A DNA stretch of 64,000 nucleotides, taken from positions 26,823,153 through 26,887,152 of the forward strand of contig NC_057720.1 in assembly GCF_004010195.1 (NCBI RefSeq), given 5' to 3'. The notes under the pieces were generated by a model. That model had not been told where the DNA came from. It searched no databases and was given only the letters and a program-made list of their open reading frames with translations. The stretch is from Chiloscyllium plagiosum (lineage: Eukaryota). Within the stretch, counting starts at the first letter, position 1. Each line of letters starts with the position of its first letter. Of this stretch, positions 63,150 through 64,000 are shown one piece after another. A program made the position numbers and the translations under genes.

Positions 63150-63371
63150 CATGATGTGGAGGTGCGGCTGTTGGACTGGGGTGGACAAAGTCAGAAGTCA
63201 CATGACACCAGGTTATAGTGCAACAGGTTTATTTGAAATCACAAACTTTCAGAACGCTGCTCCTTCAACAAGTAAAGACTTCTTCACCTGAAGGAGCAGT
63301 GCTCTGAAAGTTTGTGATTTCAAATAAACCTGTTGGATTGTGACCTGGTGTGTTATGACTTCTGACTTTGC
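63150..63371. mobile_element. Fold-back PLE pLTR (31457 family), inserted in a CR1 tail remnant (63090-63480)
   Basis: Inverted arms caaagtcagaagtcacatgacaccagg... / ...cctggtgtgttatgacttctgactttg. Confidence 0.85.
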
Positions 63372-63479
63372 CATCTATGAGATCATGGAATATATGCTCC
63401 AGGCTGTAATTTGTCTTTTGTGCCAGCTCCTCAATATTTTAAAAATCTATCTACCTCTTCTTTAAAACCTTTTAAGGTA

Positions 63480-64000
63480 AGACCGTTTGGTTTTAAAAGT
63501 GCTTACCGGTAGCGGGCAGCGGTGTTTTTTTTTCTCTCTTCACAGAAAGAGCGGGAGCACCAGGGGGAAGTGACGACGACCAGAGGGGCAGCCGAGACCC
63601 GGAAGCAGTAGTGTAAGCTTACCTGGGTAGGTTTTTCCCCCTTTAAAAGCTCCAAGACCGTGTTAGGGAACTGGAGCTGGAGTTGGATGAACTTCGGATC
63701 ATTCGGGAGGCAGAGGGGGTCATAGATCAGAGTTATAGGGAAGTAGTAACTCCAAAGATGGCAGATAGATGGGTGACAGTGAGGGGGACTGGGAGGAAGC
63801 AGCCAGTGCAGGGACCCCCTGCGGCCGTTCCCCTCAAGAACAAGTATACCGTTTTGGATACTTGTGGGGGGGATGACTTACCAGGGGTAAGTAACGGGGC
63901 TCAGGTCTCTGGCACGGAGCCTGTCCCCGTTACTCAGAAGGGAAGGGCGAAGAAGAGCAGAGCAGTAGTAACTGGGGACTCAATAGTTCGCGGCACAGAT
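63480..64000 (+). mobile_element. Young CR1 of a second family: 5'UTR and ORF1; continues past the window end
   Basis: Open frame 63650-64000: LQDRVRELELELDELRIIREAEG..WVTV..VPLKNKYTVLDTCGGDD..AVVTGDSIVRGTD; CpG-rich. Confidence 0.9.

Overview
This is vertebrate, repeat-rich, non-coding DNA, almost certainly from a cartilaginous fish (shark/ray), because it carries HE1-type and DeuSINE/SacSINE-type tRNA SINEs. I found no host protein-coding exon, RNA gene or CRISPR array that I can support; every ORF I could assign is a retrotransposon or transposon fragment. The window is a mosaic of CR1, L2, Rex1/Babar and other LINE fragments, Penelope-like elements (PLEs), SINEs, probable solo LTRs and PIF/Harbinger remnants, with two N-gaps (11478-12102, 38262-38296). 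The most interesting signal is about 20 PLE terminal-repeat (pLTR) copies from several families carrying minimal hammerhead-ribozyme (HHR) cores with co-varying stems. They occur as solo, fold-back, tandem and apparently circularly permuted insertions, several with 12-17 bp target-site duplications (TSDs). Two local duplications also copy chimeric TE junctions. Element boundaries and percent identities are by-eye estimates.
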